The position numbers and the translations under genes are program-made. The notes under the pieces were generated by a model. The model ran no database searches, was not told the DNA's origin, and saw nothing but the letters and a program-made list of their open reading frames with translations. From contig JAGVZE010000009.1 of NCBI GenBank assembly GCA_018302815.1, forward strand, positions 56,149 through 120,148: DNA of 64,000 nt, given 5' to 3'. Shown here piece after piece: positions 63,665 through 64,000 of the stretch. Positions within the stretch are counted from its first letter, which is position 1; the number at the start of each line of letters is the position of its first letter. This stretch comes from Candidatus Woesearchaeota archaeon. Lineage in GTDB: Archaea; Nanobdellota; Nanobdellia; Woesearchaeales; ARS49.

Positions 63665-64000
63665 TATTCATTCACCTTCTCAACCGACTTCTCATTCGAC
63701 TTTTTCGACACCAGCCCCGGAAGACCCGTGCCTACAGGAACAGTCTGGTTCAACATAACATTCTCCACAACGCTATTGAGATAATCAACCTCGCCCTTGA
63801 GCGCTGCGTTAATCACGTGCTTGATAGGAGTTTCGAAAGAAGCTCTTGCGAGCACGGACGCTTTCTCGCTCACGACACCATACCTCGTGATTCCCTTTAT
63901 CTCGCCGCTCACAGTCATAGTGTCTGCCACAAGCATGATGTGGCGGATATCAACGTTAAGACCCTGAGTCTCGATAACCTTGAAAACCTCATCGATAATC
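63664..64000 (-). CDS. rpoA2: DNA-directed RNA polymerase subunit A'' (partial, 5' end beyond the window)
   Basis: The C-terminal segment 'ARASFETPIKHVINAALKGEVDYLNSVVENVMLNQTVPVGTGLPGLV' is the conserved A''/Rpb1 C-terminus. The reading frame stays open to the window edge. Confidence 0.8.
   Translation of the reverse strand, partial: IIDEVFKVIETQGLNVDIRHIMLVADTMTVSGEIKGITRYGVVSEKASVLARASFETPIKHVINAALKGEVDYLNSVVENVMLNQTVPVGTGLPGLVSKKSNEKSVEKVNE

Overview
The window reads as an archaeal chromosomal segment. It has the archaeal/eukaryal-type ribosomal proteins S3Ae, S17e, L21e and L30e, uS7/uS12, RNA polymerase A'' and F, an archaeal-type NusA, aIF-2 gamma and Bud32, an intron-containing tRNA, and overlapping start/stop operons. 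There are no rRNA genes and no CRISPR array. Three things stand out. (1) A roughly 13-kb integrated mobile element (5355-18495) sits in the 3' end of an intron-containing tRNA-Arg(TCG). It is bounded by 16-18 nt direct repeats of the tRNA 3' end. It encodes a tyrosine integrase, a 1091-aa low-complexity protein, a serine recombinase, a P-loop ATPase, Cys-rich proteins, a PrimPol, a D5/P4-type primase-helicase and small Zn-ribbon and ribbon-helix-helix proteins. A second and third partial att copy downstream (18608-18625, 19559-19569) suggest remnants of tandem integrations. (2) A compact accessory locus at 44298-50654 has an overlapping six-gene minus-strand operon headed by endonuclease V. 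Five of its genes are of unknown function, and two are paralogs. It is transcribed divergently from a tandem array of three plus-strand paralogs that keep their N- and C-termini, two of them frameshifted in different directions. Genes on both strands share an N-terminal MSDE(R/K)(L/F)RE..RA leader. (3) Three neighbouring intergenic regions carry a recurring purine-rich GGACGGACGACGG / GACGGATGAACG repeat family. The window also holds at least four type II toxin-antitoxin pairs (VapBC, DUF4258/DUF2283, HicAB, RelBE) and a convergent PIN/ribbon-helix-helix pair. Housekeeping content includes argS, a MiaB-like methylthiotransferase, a class II ribonucleotide reductase, SepF, a short Rad50-like ATPase with a zinc hook, a SpoT/Mesh1-like HD hydrolase, and an 855-aa Cys-rich repeat surface protein. 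All functional calls rest on motifs read from the ORF translations; no database search was run.
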